Shown: positions 39,249 to 49,472, counted from the first letter of the stretch. The stretch is 64,000 nt of DNA from an uncultured Desulfobacteraceae bacterium (GCA_964591175.1 CAZQAF010000005.1:18256-82255); one strand, 5' to 3'. The notes: generated by a model from the letters alone, not told the origin. A program made the numbers and translations.

Positions 39249-41432
39249 CTATTGTGCTTTTTCTAAAAATTTATATTTTTCAATCGCCTCTAAAATGCCG
39301 CCGGCATATTTTGCCTTTGTAAAATAGATATTTCGTTGGCCTTTAAGCTTTTCCAGTTCAGGACTGTAGTTGCCGACAACGACGGCAAGCGGATCTCCCC
39401 GAAGCATTTCTTCGTCATTGCCGGAATCTCCGCACACCAGAAAGTTACTCAAGGGGATTTCCCATTTGTAACTGAGGTAGCGCAATGCTTTTCCTTTTGA
39501 CGCACGATAGGGAAGGATGTCAAGGTATTTATTGTGCGAATAGATGAGCGTGTAGCGGCATCTATTGTGAAGCAGCCACTCGTGAATTTTTGCAATCCTG
39601 TCTTTTCCCGGTCGCATGTTGTAGCTGACTTTGAATTCACGCTGGGTCGATTCTTCCTGATAGGTTAAAAAAGGAAGTTCCTCAAGCGTTTTGACAATCT
39701 TTTCTCTGTCCCATTTGGCGGATATATGGGTCGACCAACCCTTGGCATAATGAATATTTTTCCCATAGTAAATTTCCGCTCCCACAGATGAAATAATGAT
39801 ATCCGGAGGATGAACGCCGTTTTTTTCAAGATATGCTCTGACCGAATCGACGGTTCGTCCGGAGGCGACACCGAAACCAATGGTCTTTCGATGCTTTTTG
39901 AGTACATCCAGAAATTCATCGAGATGGTCGTTCTGTTCGCCAATGAGTGTGTTGTCGATATCTGAAATAATAAAATGGTTGAGTTCGGCCAAACGTTTGC
40001 CGATGGCATCCGAAGGTTCTGCGACCTTCATCTTTTCCGTATCAAGGCTTTCAATGGTTTTCGTAATTTCGTTGACATAGGTCTTTGCATGGGTTTTCCA
40101 TGTGTAATACTTTCTGATGTTCAATATCCCGGCTTTGGAATACTGTTTCCACTTATCGCTGTCTGCAATGATTTGTTTGATGGCGCCTGCCAATTCCTTG
40201 ACATCTGTCGTATCGACCAGCAGACCACATTTACAGTTGTTGATAATGTCCTTTGGACCGCCGTCATTGGGCGCGATAACGGGCAGACCGCATGCGGCGG
40301 ATTCTATCAAGGTAATCCCAAATGGTTCGGCAAGTGCGGAGTTGACAAATACGCCCCGTTTTTCAGCCGCAATCCTGTATAGCTCCGGTACTTCATACTC
40401 AAAGTCGTGCTTTTTGGGAATCGCGATTTTACCATAGAGATCGTATTTGTCCATTAACAAAAGAATTTCTGTAAGAACATTTCGCTCGTTGTCTTCCATT
40501 TTCGAGATGTCTTTGCGAATCCCTGCAAAAACAGCCAGATTGGCCATGGATTGAAGCGCTAAATCTTCTCCGTAGGCCGTGATCAGGCCGGAAATATTTT
40601 TCCGTGCGTCCGGCCGGCAAAGTGACAGGATCAACGGACGATCCGGCTTCATCAAAAATCGGTTGAGTTCTTCAAGTATCGAGGCATGCGCATACATTCT
40701 GGCCTCACCTTTTTCCGTATCCGATAAAATGTCATGATAGAAGGGATAGAATGTATCGACATCCAATCCGGGCGGAATGACGGTGAATCTGGGTATGTCG
40801 CTGTCTTCGTACTGGGCGTATTGCTCTTCGACCTCATGGTGGGTGCTTGAGACAATCAGATCTGCATGTTTTAAGATCTTTTCCTCCATATTGATGCGGT
40901 GGTCAATTTTGAATTTTTTGTCGATGTCGTTTTTTTTCATCCCGTTATTCAACAGGTTTTTCAATTTGGAGCGGCCAAGGGAGTGCCCGGTGTAGATTAA
41001 CGTGATGCCGAAAATGTCCGCCAACTGCATGGCCACATAGCCTGCATCGGGATAATGCCCATGCACAATATCGGGTATCATTTTCTGCTGCTGGTTGTAT
41101 TTAATGGTTTTATCGACAAATTCATCCAGGTGCGGCCATAGAAGTTCTTTTCGCATGTATTTTCTTCCACCACACTGAATTCTTACAATTTTAAATTTGT
41201 CGTTTACCGGTTCGATGGGTTTGGCGTAATCTTTGGATACGGCTTTATCAGAGATCAATCGCGTAAGCAATTCGACCTGTCTCACTGCATCGTGCTGGCT
41301 GAGGGCGGTTGCCAGTTCAATGACATATTTTATTTGACCTCCGGTATCTGCGTCACGGCCCAGTTCCATATTTTCAGATCGCAGCAAACCATGAACGCTG
41401 AACATTTGGATGTGAAGACCTTTGGAAGCCAT
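39249..41432 (-). CDS. Sucrose-phosphate synthase with C-terminal SPP-like HAD domain
   Basis: Start re-set to the ATG at 41432 (MASKG) behind GGAGGA. HGLLRSENMELGRDADTGGQIKYVIELA. The HAD motif I ISDIDNTLIG is intact (DIDNT at 39948-39962). Confidence 0.9.
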   Translation of the reverse strand: MASKGLHIQMFSVHGLLRSENMELGRDADTGGQIKYVIELATALSQHDAVRQVELLTRLISDKAVSKDYAKPIEPVNDKFKIVRIQCGGRKYMRKELLWPHLDEFVDKTIKYNQQQKMIPDIVHGHYPDAGYVAMQLADIFGITLIYTGHSLGRSKLKNLLNNGMKKNDIDKKFKIDHRINMEEKILKHADLIVSSTHHEVEEQYAQYEDSDIPRFTVIPPGLDVDTFYPFYHDILSDTEKGEARMYAHASILEELNRFLMKPDRPLILSLCRPDARKNISGLITAYGEDLALQSMANLAVFAGIRKDISKMEDNERNVLTEILLLMDKYDLYGKIAIPKKHDFEYEVPELYRIAAEKRGVFVNSALAEPFGITLIESAACGLPVIAPNDGGPKDIINNCKCGLLVDTTDVKELAGAIKQIIADSDKWKQYSKAGILNIRKYYTWKTHAKTYVNEITKTIESLDTEKMKVAEPSDAIGKRLAELNHFIISDIDNTLIGEQNDHLDEFLDVLKKHRKTIGFGVASGRTVDSVRAYLEKNGVHPPDIIISSVGAEIYYGKNIHYAKGWSTHISAKWDREKIVKTLEELPFLTYQEESTQREFKVSYNMRPGKDRIAKIHEWLLHNRCRYTLIYSHNKYLDILPYRASKGKALRYLSYKWEIPLSNFLVCGDSGNDEEMLRGDPLAVVVGNYSPELEKLKGQRNIYFTKAKYAGGILEAIEKYKFLEKAQ

Positions 41433-41433
41433 G

Positions 41434-42333
41434 TTATCCTCCATTTTCAATCATTTCTTTTATCGGTTCATAAAAGTCACGGGAATCGGGAACGGCGCCT
41501 CTGATTTTACACATACGCGATGCAAACATGGATGCCATGGACAACATTCTATCAGGTTCCCATCCTTTAATTATACCGATAAGGAGCATTGCAGAATAGG
41601 CATCTCCTGCACCGACGGTATCGACCATCGAAGAAACACGGTGTGTTTTTGACCGGAAGCGGCCGTCTGGCGTGTATAACTCGCTCCCTTTATCGCCGTC
41701 GGTTACTGCCAGAAATTTTAGTTGGTATTGATCCATCAAGAAAGGAATAAACGCATCATTATCTTTTGAAAATCGAAGGATTCTCTTACATTCATCCAGT
41801 TCCTGTGTATTCAATTTCAGGATATCGGCGTGTTCGAGGGAGGCGATGATCACCTGGCGTGAATAACAGTCCGGCCGTAAATTGATATCATAAAAGCAAT
41901 GGGCGCCAGGATGTCTGTTTTTCATGAATTTTTGAATATTCTCGAATCCCTGTTTGCTTCGTTGTACCAGCGTTCCGAAATAAATAAAATCAGCCTTATC
42001 CATAAGAGATGAATGCTCTTTTGGAAGATAATGGATATAATCGTAAGCCACATCGGTGTTGATGTGAAAGGTCGGAATGCCGGATGCGTTGAGTTGAACG
42101 GTAACCGTTCCGGTATCATGAGTGTTATCAATCTGGATGTCCTCGATGTTAAAACGATACTGCTCTAAAATGTTTAAAATTTTCTTTCCAAGGGCATCAT
42201 TTCCAATACGTGAAATACAGCGCACAGGGAATCCGAGATTCTTGAGATGACAGGCAAAATTAAAAGGCGCGCCACCGAGCCTCTTCTCGTTTTCAAACAC
42301 ATCGAATAGGATTTCACCGATAACAAGTATCAC
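41434..42333 (-). CDS. Fructokinase (PfkB family sugar kinase)
   Basis: GTG start. The MILVIGEILFDVF N-terminus and DTVGAGDAYSAMLLIG signature. Confidence 0.85.
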   Translation of the reverse strand: MILVIGEILFDVFENEKRLGGAPFNFACHLKNLGFPVRCISRIGNDALGKKILNILEQYRFNIEDIQIDNTHDTGTVTVQLNASGIPTFHINTDVAYDYIHYLPKEHSSLMDKADFIYFGTLVQRSKQGFENIQKFMKNRHPGAHCFYDINLRPDCYSRQVIIASLEHADILKLNTQELDECKRILRFSKDNDAFIPFLMDQYQLKFLAVTDGDKGSELYTPDGRFRSKTHRVSSMVDTVGAGDAYSAMLLIGIIKGWEPDRMLSMASMFASRMCKIRGAVPDSRDFYEPIKEMIENGG

Positions 42334-42393
42334 GTTGCAACCTCTTTGGTATCACCCTCATCAAGGGGGTCGGTAACTGAGAGCGCGTATAAA

Positions 42394-42963
42394 TTAAAAA
42401 TTCTTTTTTATTTTTCGAATGTCTTCAATGAAGCTGTTGATCTCGTGAAGCAAAACCTTCTGTTCGGATATGATCATACTCATATATTTATTTAACTCGG
42501 GAAAAGATGAAACGTCAATGTCCATTGATTTTTTTTGAATGCCGCTGAGATATTTCTCTAATTTTAGAAGATCCTCTTGATCGATGGATTGAAACGAACC
42601 CAAACTGATAAATTTGTTTCTCAAATCAACGACGATGTCGTCTTCTATTCCTTTTGGGACAGATGCCATCAGCAAAAGCTTAATGGCCAGTTTGGCATCT
42701 ATTTTCGAGCATGGAAGCGCCCTAATATCTTTAAGCTTCATCGGGTTGTTTTTGAGAACCGCGTTGTATTGGCTCACTAGATCATGGGCCCAGTTTGACA
42801 TTGCCATCTGGGCTTTTTTGTTCATGGTCAGTATCGCGGTGATGCCTGTTTTCCGTAACGTATTGAGAAGCGTATCCAGCTCTGATGATGAATTCCCGGT
42901 TCCCGTCGAGCGTTTATCCGTTTTTTTAACGTCATTTGTCGGTTCCATCAAATTTTCCTTCAT
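42394..42963 (-). CDS. Hypothetical protein heading the sucrose gene string
   Basis: 189-aa ORF, helical by eye, no recognisable motif. Same strand, 60 nt upstream of the fructokinase gene. Confidence 0.5.
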   Translation of the reverse strand: MKENLMEPTNDVKKTDKRSTGTGNSSSELDTLLNTLRKTGITAILTMNKKAQMAMSNWAHDLVSQYNAVLKNNPMKLKDIRALPCSKIDAKLAIKLLLMASVPKGIEDDIVVDLRNKFISLGSFQSIDQEDLLKLEKYLSGIQKKSMDIDVSSFPELNKYMSMIISEQKVLLHEINSFIEDIRKIKKNF

Positions 42964-43077
42964 TATTTTTTACATTAATATAAGGATTCATCTAAAAAAA
43001 ACAATTTTGATGGGATAAACGGTTAAAAATATCCGCGGGCCCGGTAAGAGATAAACGGCCCTGCATTGGATTCCGGT

Positions 43078-44997
43078 TTACCAAAGATTTGTATCTGGGA
43101 AATTCAGATGCTCGATAAAATGATCGGTAAATTCCGGATGGGTAGACAACTCAATATACGAGATTGACCGGGACAGATCAATGCTTTTCCGCCAGTAAGA
43201 TTTCGACAAAAGAACCATGGAAGCACCGGTGCTGGCGGCATTGCCCAAAGACTTGATTTTATCGGGGTCGACAGTGGGAATCATTCCGATGCGCATGGCG
43301 CTGTAGGGATTGATATAATTCCCGAGAGCGCCGGCTAAATATACACCATCGATATCTTTTATGCCGATTTGCATTTCTTTCATCAAAATCTCAATACCGG
43401 CAGCCACGGCACCTTTGGCAAGTTGCAGCTCTCTCACGTCTCTTTGGGTCAAACAAATATTTCGTCCGTTAAAGCTTTCCTCAGGCGAAGCCACCAGAAA
43501 ATTGCAAATGCCGTCTTTTTGAGTCACTTGCTTGCCAAGGGTGTTTTGAGTATCGGCCGGCGGATGACCGATCAATCCTTCATGATCGATGATCCCGCAG
43601 TGTAAAAGTACGGCGGTTAGATCGACCAGTCCGCTGCCGCATAAGCCTTTGGGTTTGATGTTGCCGATGGTTCGATATAATAAAGTCGCCTCTTCGGTAC
43701 GAACCCCTTCGATGGCGCCGGTTCTGGCGGTCATCCCGCTGGAAATACGCGCCCCCTCAAGGGCCGGTCCGGCGGCTGCCGAACAGGTAACAAGCCGGGT
43801 TCGATTCCCTAAAAACATTTCACCGTTCGTACCCAAATCCAATCCAAGAATCATTTGTTCTTCTTGTTCGGCAGCACCGGAAGCCATAATCATGCTGATA
43901 AGATCGCCCCCGATATATCCGGATTTCACCGGAATCACATATAGCAAGGCTTCAGGATTTAATTTGAGCCCAATGTCATCGGTTTTGATTACCAAACCGT
44001 CGGTGAATACCGGTGCAAAAGGGGCACCTGCAATGCTGCCGGGATCAATTTTTAAAAGGATATGCTGCATGGTGGTGTTGCCGGCAGCGACAACGATAAA
44101 GATATCCCGCTCTCTAAGTCCTACCACTTCCAGCAACCGTTCGGTAATACCGGTCAGGTCTTGTATCAGCAACTGATTGATCTTAGCGAGACCGCCTCGA
44201 TTGGATTTGATGTATTGTAAACGGCTGATGACGTCCGATCCGTATTTAACCTGGCTGTTTAAACGGGAAACCGCCGCCACTTCAACGCCGCTGTTCAGAT
44301 CGATCAATTTCCCGACCAGGGTGGTTGTTCCCAGATCAAATACCAGTCCGTACGCCTGCTCCAACTCATCCTTCCGTTGCCAGGCCATCAAGGTGTTATC
44401 GTGAAGCACCGCGGTACCGTGTTCACCGGTAGCCTCCAGTACCTTTGGAAGATTTCGCAGGCAGTGCAGGGAAGTGGTCATATTTTGATATTCCGCTCCC
44501 AGTATTAACTTAATCCGATCCAGATGTGAAATCCCAAGATCGCGATCTTCCGGCGGCAGCATAACCAGCCGTTTTTGGATCAGCGGATCGAAATAAATCA
44601 GCGGCCTTTCACCGGTTTTCAGAATCTGGTAATATTCCTGGTCAGGATCGATTGCTCCGATTTGGATTAAAACATCCGAATACAAAGGGGTACGGCAGGC
44701 GAGGCGAACGCCCTGCTTTATTTCCTGCTTGCTGAGCAGTTCCACCGCTGCTTTGGAAGGTGTTCCCAACGAGGACAGCACCTGAACCTTGCATTTTCCG
44801 CATTTTCCCATGCCGCCGCAATCGCTTTCGAGGTTGATGTCGTTTTTTTGAAGGGCTTCGTAAATTGTTTGGCCATAGGATGCTGTCAGCCAGAGATCAT
44901 CCGGGAGCACATTGAGTCTGACATATCGGCGTTTGTGTTTCTTGGGCGGTAAGGTGCCGATGCTGCGTTTATTCTTTTTGGGGGTCTTTTTTTTCAT
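43078..44997 (-). CDS. Corrinoid reductive activase (RACo/RamA-like; 2Fe-2S ferredoxin + ASKHA ATPase, DUF4445)
   Basis: Plant-type 2Fe-2S motif DCGGMGKCGKCKV...ACRT. ASKHA phosphate motifs VFDLGTTTLVGKL and GLDLGTNGEM. Start uncertain: ATG 44997 (MKKKTPKK) chosen, and the ORF track extends to 45072. Confidence 0.82.
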   Translation of the reverse strand: MKKKTPKKNKRSIGTLPPKKHKRRYVRLNVLPDDLWLTASYGQTIYEALQKNDINLESDCGGMGKCGKCKVQVLSSLGTPSKAAVELLSKQEIKQGVRLACRTPLYSDVLIQIGAIDPDQEYYQILKTGERPLIYFDPLIQKRLVMLPPEDRDLGISHLDRIKLILGAEYQNMTTSLHCLRNLPKVLEATGEHGTAVLHDNTLMAWQRKDELEQAYGLVFDLGTTTLVGKLIDLNSGVEVAAVSRLNSQVKYGSDVISRLQYIKSNRGGLAKINQLLIQDLTGITERLLEVVGLRERDIFIVVAAGNTTMQHILLKIDPGSIAGAPFAPVFTDGLVIKTDDIGLKLNPEALLYVIPVKSGYIGGDLISMIMASGAAEQEEQMILGLDLGTNGEMFLGNRTRLVTCSAAAGPALEGARISSGMTARTGAIEGVRTEEATLLYRTIGNIKPKGLCGSGLVDLTAVLLHCGIIDHEGLIGHPPADTQNTLGKQVTQKDGICNFLVASPEESFNGRNICLTQRDVRELQLAKGAVAAGIEILMKEMQIGIKDIDGVYLAGALGNYINPYSAMRIGMIPTVDPDKIKSLGNAASTGASMVLLSKSYWRKSIDLSRSISYIELSTHPEFTDHFIEHLNFPDTNLW

Positions 44998-45199
44998 GCA
45001 ATGAGTTCCGTTATTCGAGCGCATGGTTTCGCGCCCTCGGTTAAGGTCACGGGCATTTTGAGACCTTTGCAAAACGCCCCTTTTTGCCCAATTTCTACGT
45101 CAGGCTCAAATTTTAATCCTCAAAATACTCAATGTATTCCTGCGGTTAAAATTATCGCCTTCCTTGAACTTGAACAAAAATGAGCATTTTTCAAAGGTC

Positions 45200-45802
45200 T
45201 CATTTTATCAACGTATGAAGCAGTTTTGAAAAATGAGAATAATCGGCATCCTGAATATCCAAGGCCAGGTTTAAAAAATCTGCTATTTTATTCGCCTGTT
45301 CCGTTAATTCCGGATCATTGGGTTGACGAACATAGAGCAGACGCCGGTAGTGCTCAAAGTAGATCTTTCTCAAAACATTGTCGGCCAATTCCAGCGGTTC
45401 GGAACAGTAAGCATCAAAATTGAGCAATAATTCCTGTTCGACGAAAAACGTCCCCGTGATTTCCGTAAGGATAGATTCAAACAACAGATTCCCCAGCAAC
45501 ATTTCATAACAATTTTGGCCGGAAATCTTGGCGATGCCGTGTTGCCGGCAAAACGCGTCAATGCCGGTAAAACAATCACCGTAAACGATCAGGGGACGTT
45601 CTCCGCACCCGAGGGCTTCTTCAACGGCGTGTTGCAGCGCAATCTTCAGCATTTCGGGTTTCAAATGCAGGTTCGCGGGTAAATACGTGATCAAAACGTC
45701 CGGATATCTGGAATTCAGCCCAAGGTATTCGAATACGGGTTTAAACACCCCGCAAGCAATCAATCTTTTCGCATCAGCAATAATCGTTTGCAAGTGCTTC
45801 AT
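45200..45802 (-). CDS. DUF1638-like protein
   Basis: 200 aa. The ...LIVYGDCFTGIDAFC... block matches my recollection of DUF1638 proteins, which accompany MttB/corrinoid genes. Its ATG overlaps the stop of the upstream MttB gene (ATGA, 45799-45802). Confidence 0.65.
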   Translation of the reverse strand: MKHLQTIIADAKRLIACGVFKPVFEYLGLNSRYPDVLITYLPANLHLKPEMLKIALQHAVEEALGCGERPLIVYGDCFTGIDAFCRQHGIAKISGQNCYEMLLGNLLFESILTEITGTFFVEQELLLNFDAYCSEPLELADNVLRKIYFEHYRRLLYVRQPNDPELTEQANKIADFLNLALDIQDADYSHFSKLLHTLIK

Positions 45803-47235
45803 AGGCTGATAATCCCGGGGAATTTTTTCTTAATTTCAACGAGCAAATTTTGATCCAAAAGGCCTTCCTGCCCGTCTTGGAGAATCGTTTTTACACGGTC
45901 GTTGGCACGGCTCAGCATACTGGGTCGTTTCTGCTGCTCCCAGATATCAAAGTTGGAGCGGATCCCCAGGTTGGGGTAAAAAAATTCATCCATCATGTGC
46001 GTGACGGTGTGGTCTTCCAAAACAAAATTACCGCCGGGTCCGACTTTTTTAATGACATCAAAGGCGAGTGTATCCGGATCAATCTGGATGCCTCTAACCA
46101 TCCGCTGTACCATTCCGATGATTTCATCGTCAATCACATACTGTTCATAAGATATGGAATTGCCCGAATCGAGCATGCCGGCTGCCAAATGAATCAAGTC
46201 GGCGCCGTTTAGGGCGACCATTAAATTTGAAAAGGTTTTTTCACATCCCGCCTGGATGTCCGGTCTTTTGGCTTCGGTAACACCGCCCGATGCGTAAACA
46301 GGCAGATTAAAATGCTTTGCGATCTGGACGATCGAAGCATTCAGCAAGGCGGTTTCCGTTGATCCAAGCGTATACTCCATGTTGCGCAGATCTATGGTGG
46401 AGGGGACAGCGCCGTATAACACCTTTGCCCCCGGTGCGAAAGCCTGGGCCAAGGCAACGCCTGCCAGCGCTTCGGCATGGGTTTGGGCGAGGGTTCCCGC
46501 CAGCGTGGCAGGTGCTGTGGCACCTGAAATAGGGGCCGGTGCGCAGGTAGCCGGTATACCATGAAGGCAGCAGAACTTTAAAATACGCAGGGCTTCCGTG
46601 TCCATGGTCAGCGGACTGACGGAATTGGTGATAACGGAAACAAATGGTTTTGCTTTGAAATATTCTTCTCCTCCGGCCAAAAAACTTGCCAGGCTGAACA
46701 TCTGCTTGACGCCATCGAGGGTATCACATCCTCCCATGACGTGTTTAAAGGTATGGTTGAAAGCGTAGTAAAAGTCGTTCAAATGGTAGTTCTGAACATC
46801 CAAATCGTGAGCCTGGCATGAAATGATATACAGATCAATATGATCCAGCCGATCTACCAGGGCTGCCGTGTGGGCGACATCTCTGAGCATGGTCAGACGG
46901 TAGCCGCCGGTTGACATATCCAATATGCGAAACACCCGGCCGCCGTTTGAAAAATATACATTGCCGCTTCCAAGGTGGACGTCGTTGTTGCCGTTCCGGG
47001 AATACAGGGTAAAGTGTCGGGGGGCCAGGGCCAGGTATCGGTCCAGCCATTTTTTTTCAAAATAAACCCTGGATTTGCTCCGGTTTACACGGGCTCCGGC
47101 AGCCTCCAGGATGTCCCACATCTCCGGGTCGGAAATGCAAACGCCGATATGTTTGAGTATTCGTCGAGCGGTCTGGTCGATCGCTTTAATCTGTTTGGGT
47201 GACAGAAAACCGCCTGCTGAAGCGTTTGGTTGCAT
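45799..47235 (-). CDS. MttB-superfamily methyltransferase, non-pyrrolysine (paralogue 1)
   Basis: Start re-set to the ATG at 47235 behind GGAAGGAG. Uninterrupted 478 aa. Family blocks ...SPLTMDTEAL..., GGVTEAKRPDIQAG, LAFDVIKKVGPGGNF. Confidence 0.88.
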   Translation of the reverse strand: MQPNASAGGFLSPKQIKAIDQTARRILKHIGVCISDPEMWDILEAAGARVNRSKSRVYFEKKWLDRYLALAPRHFTLYSRNGNNDVHLGSGNVYFSNGGRVFRILDMSTGGYRLTMLRDVAHTAALVDRLDHIDLYIISCQAHDLDVQNYHLNDFYYAFNHTFKHVMGGCDTLDGVKQMFSLASFLAGGEEYFKAKPFVSVITNSVSPLTMDTEALRILKFCCLHGIPATCAPAPISGATAPATLAGTLAQTHAEALAGVALAQAFAPGAKVLYGAVPSTIDLRNMEYTLGSTETALLNASIVQIAKHFNLPVYASGGVTEAKRPDIQAGCEKTFSNLMVALNGADLIHLAAGMLDSGNSISYEQYVIDDEIIGMVQRMVRGIQIDPDTLAFDVIKKVGPGGNFVLEDHTVTHMMDEFFYPNLGIRSNFDIWEQQKRPSMLSRANDRVKTILQDGQEGLLDQNLLVEIKKKFPGIISL

Positions 47236-47307
47236 GGCAACTCCTTCCAAAGGTATTTCAGCGCCAATCGGAATAAAATTCTATTCTGCGAGAGAAGAGA
47301 ATCAAGA

Positions 47308-48747
47308 TCAACCGGAGGTTACAATGCCGTTTATTCTGCTTAACAGATCCTCGGATTTGGACGCAACCGTGTGTTCTGATAAAATGCGTTGGGTTTTTGC
47401 ATTGCAGCGTTGATACAGATCATTGGCACCGTCATTTATCCAGGCGTCATATCGAGATCGATCCAACAGGTTCGGAAGAAAGAGAGAGTGCATAAAATTC
47501 TCAAAGGTATGGTCATCCATCAAAAAAATAGAACCGGGCCCGCCGCAGGCAACCCGTTCGATGGCATCAATGGCCAATGTATTGTCATTGACGGGTATGC
47601 CGCCGGTGAAAAATCGGCTCATGGCGATCAGCTCATCGGCCATGGTGACCATTTCCAGAGAAGATGTGTACCCGTATTCCAAAAAACCGACATCGTGAAT
47701 CAGGTTCGCTCTGGAAAGCAGGGCGGTAATAATCGAAAACATGGCCTCGGCGCCTGCCTGGGCATCCATTGTCTTGGCGTCCGAGGCGCCTGCAAAGGCC
47801 CAAATCGGCAGTCCGTAAATTTCGTCGCGCATATCGGCAAGGGCCGCCTGGGTAAGACTCCATTCGGGACTACCGTAACAAACGATGCTCGACTTCATGT
47901 CCATGGCGCTGACATTCGGTCCGAATAAAAACGGGGATCCTTTTCCCGCCATTTGATGCACCACCAGTCCCACAAGATTTTCGGCAATTCCCAGCGCCAA
48001 CGCCCCGGCCAGCGTGACCGGTGCACCACCGCCGGCGTTTGAGCCCGAAGGAAAACAGATCGGGATTTGTTTCTGGGCGCAAAAAATTAATTTTTCCATC
48101 ACATTTTCAGGAAAGCGCAGCGGGCTGATGGCTTCGGAATAGTTTAAGATAAACGGTTTTCTTTGAAAGTTGTCTTCACCACCGGCCACCGCACAGGCAA
48201 TCTCATAGATTTTAGCAATATCTTTGCCGCTGTCGGCGATGAAAACAATGGGTTTGCCGGTCTGTTTAACCATTTCGGCAAAAACATGCACATATATCGA
48301 TTCCACGGGCACATCTTCCGGATTGGCCATGGACATGGCAAAGTCGATATTTTTCAGTCCGTCCACCAGTTTGGCGAAATTGGTGACATCAGCCAATACG
48401 GTTCGTCGGCGCTGACCGGTTTTCAGGTCAAGTGTAAACGTGGCATCGGATCCGGTACCATAAAAAGCCTGTTCGTCTCTCAGCGACATGGCTTTTTCCC
48501 CGGTCTGGTCAAACAGGGTGATCTGTCGGGGAGCGGAGCGAATAGCGTCTTCGGCCATAAAAGCGGGCATCCGGATCCTTCCGTCGCTGGCGACCCGACA
48601 ACCGGCATCGGAAAGCATTTCCATGGCGCCGGCATGTTCCATTTTAAATCCGGTTTTTTCAAGAATTTCCAGGGCAGCCGTATGGATGGCCATGGCCTGT
48701 TCGCGGTTCAAGACCTTCAGTCGAGGTTGAAACGTGGGAATTTCCAT
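47308..48747 (-). CDS. MttB-superfamily methyltransferase, non-pyrrolysine (paralogue 2)
   Basis: Start re-set to the ATG at 48747 behind AAGGAGGA, which removes the overlap with the corrinoid gene. Uninterrupted 479 aa. Blocks AGASDAKTMDAQAG and LAIDAIERVACGGPGSIF. Confidence 0.88.
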   Translation of the reverse strand: MEIPTFQPRLKVLNREQAMAIHTAALEILEKTGFKMEHAGAMEMLSDAGCRVASDGRIRMPAFMAEDAIRSAPRQITLFDQTGEKAMSLRDEQAFYGTGSDATFTLDLKTGQRRRTVLADVTNFAKLVDGLKNIDFAMSMANPEDVPVESIYVHVFAEMVKQTGKPIVFIADSGKDIAKIYEIACAVAGGEDNFQRKPFILNYSEAISPLRFPENVMEKLIFCAQKQIPICFPSGSNAGGGAPVTLAGALALGIAENLVGLVVHQMAGKGSPFLFGPNVSAMDMKSSIVCYGSPEWSLTQAALADMRDEIYGLPIWAFAGASDAKTMDAQAGAEAMFSIITALLSRANLIHDVGFLEYGYTSSLEMVTMADELIAMSRFFTGGIPVNDNTLAIDAIERVACGGPGSIFLMDDHTFENFMHSLFLPNLLDRSRYDAWINDGANDLYQRCNAKTQRILSEHTVASKSEDLLSRINGIVTSG

Positions 48748-48787
48748 GGAATCCTCCTTGGTCTTTGGATTTGGATTATTTGGGTGT

Positions 48788-49426
48788 TCAGCTCGTGCCG
48801 ACCAGTTTTTTGGCCTCAATTACGGCTGAACCCGCATCAGGGGCATACACATCGGCCTTGATATCCTCGGCAAACTTTGAGGTTACCGGTGCGCCGCCGA
48901 TCATGACTCTGACCGTGTTTCTGATTTTGGCGCGCTGCAACGCCTCAATGGTTTCTTTCATGCTCGGCATGGTGGTAGACAGCAATGCCGACATCGCCAC
49001 GATATCCGGTTCTATCTCCTGCGCCTTTTTCACAAACTGGTCTGCCGAAACATCCACGCCCAAATCAGTGATGGCAAATCCGGCCCCTTCCAGCATCATG
49101 GCAACCAGATTTTTACCGATATCATGAAGGTCGCGGTGAACCGTCCCGATTAAAACTTTACCTTTGGGGACAAGATCACCTTCCAGAAAAAAAGGTTTCA
49201 GCAGTTTCATGCATTCCTGCATGGCCTTGGCCGAACGCAGCATCTGGGGAACAAACAATGCACCCTTTGCGAATTTTTCGCCGACCTCGTCCATTGCAGC
49301 GATCAGGCCGTCATTTAGAATACTTTTAACCTTGAGACCGTCATCAATGGCCTTTTGGGTTTGAGCAACGGCACCTTCAACATTCCCTTTATTTATATCC
49401 TGTTTCAAATTGTCTATAATGGTCAT
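48788..49426 (-). CDS. Corrinoid (B12-binding) methyl-carrier protein 1
   Basis: 212 aa. B12-binding motif GTVHRDLHDIGKNLV (DxHxxG), plus MSALLSTTM and IGGAP. Confidence 0.9.
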   Translation of the reverse strand: MTIIDNLKQDINKGNVEGAVAQTQKAIDDGLKVKSILNDGLIAAMDEVGEKFAKGALFVPQMLRSAKAMQECMKLLKPFFLEGDLVPKGKVLIGTVHRDLHDIGKNLVAMMLEGAGFAITDLGVDVSADQFVKKAQEIEPDIVAMSALLSTTMPSMKETIEALQRAKIRNTVRVMIGGAPVTSKFAEDIKADVYAPDAGSAVIEAKKLVGTS

Positions 49427-49472
49427 GATTGTCTCCCTTGCACTATGAGTTGGGGATTGACGCCCAGGGAAG

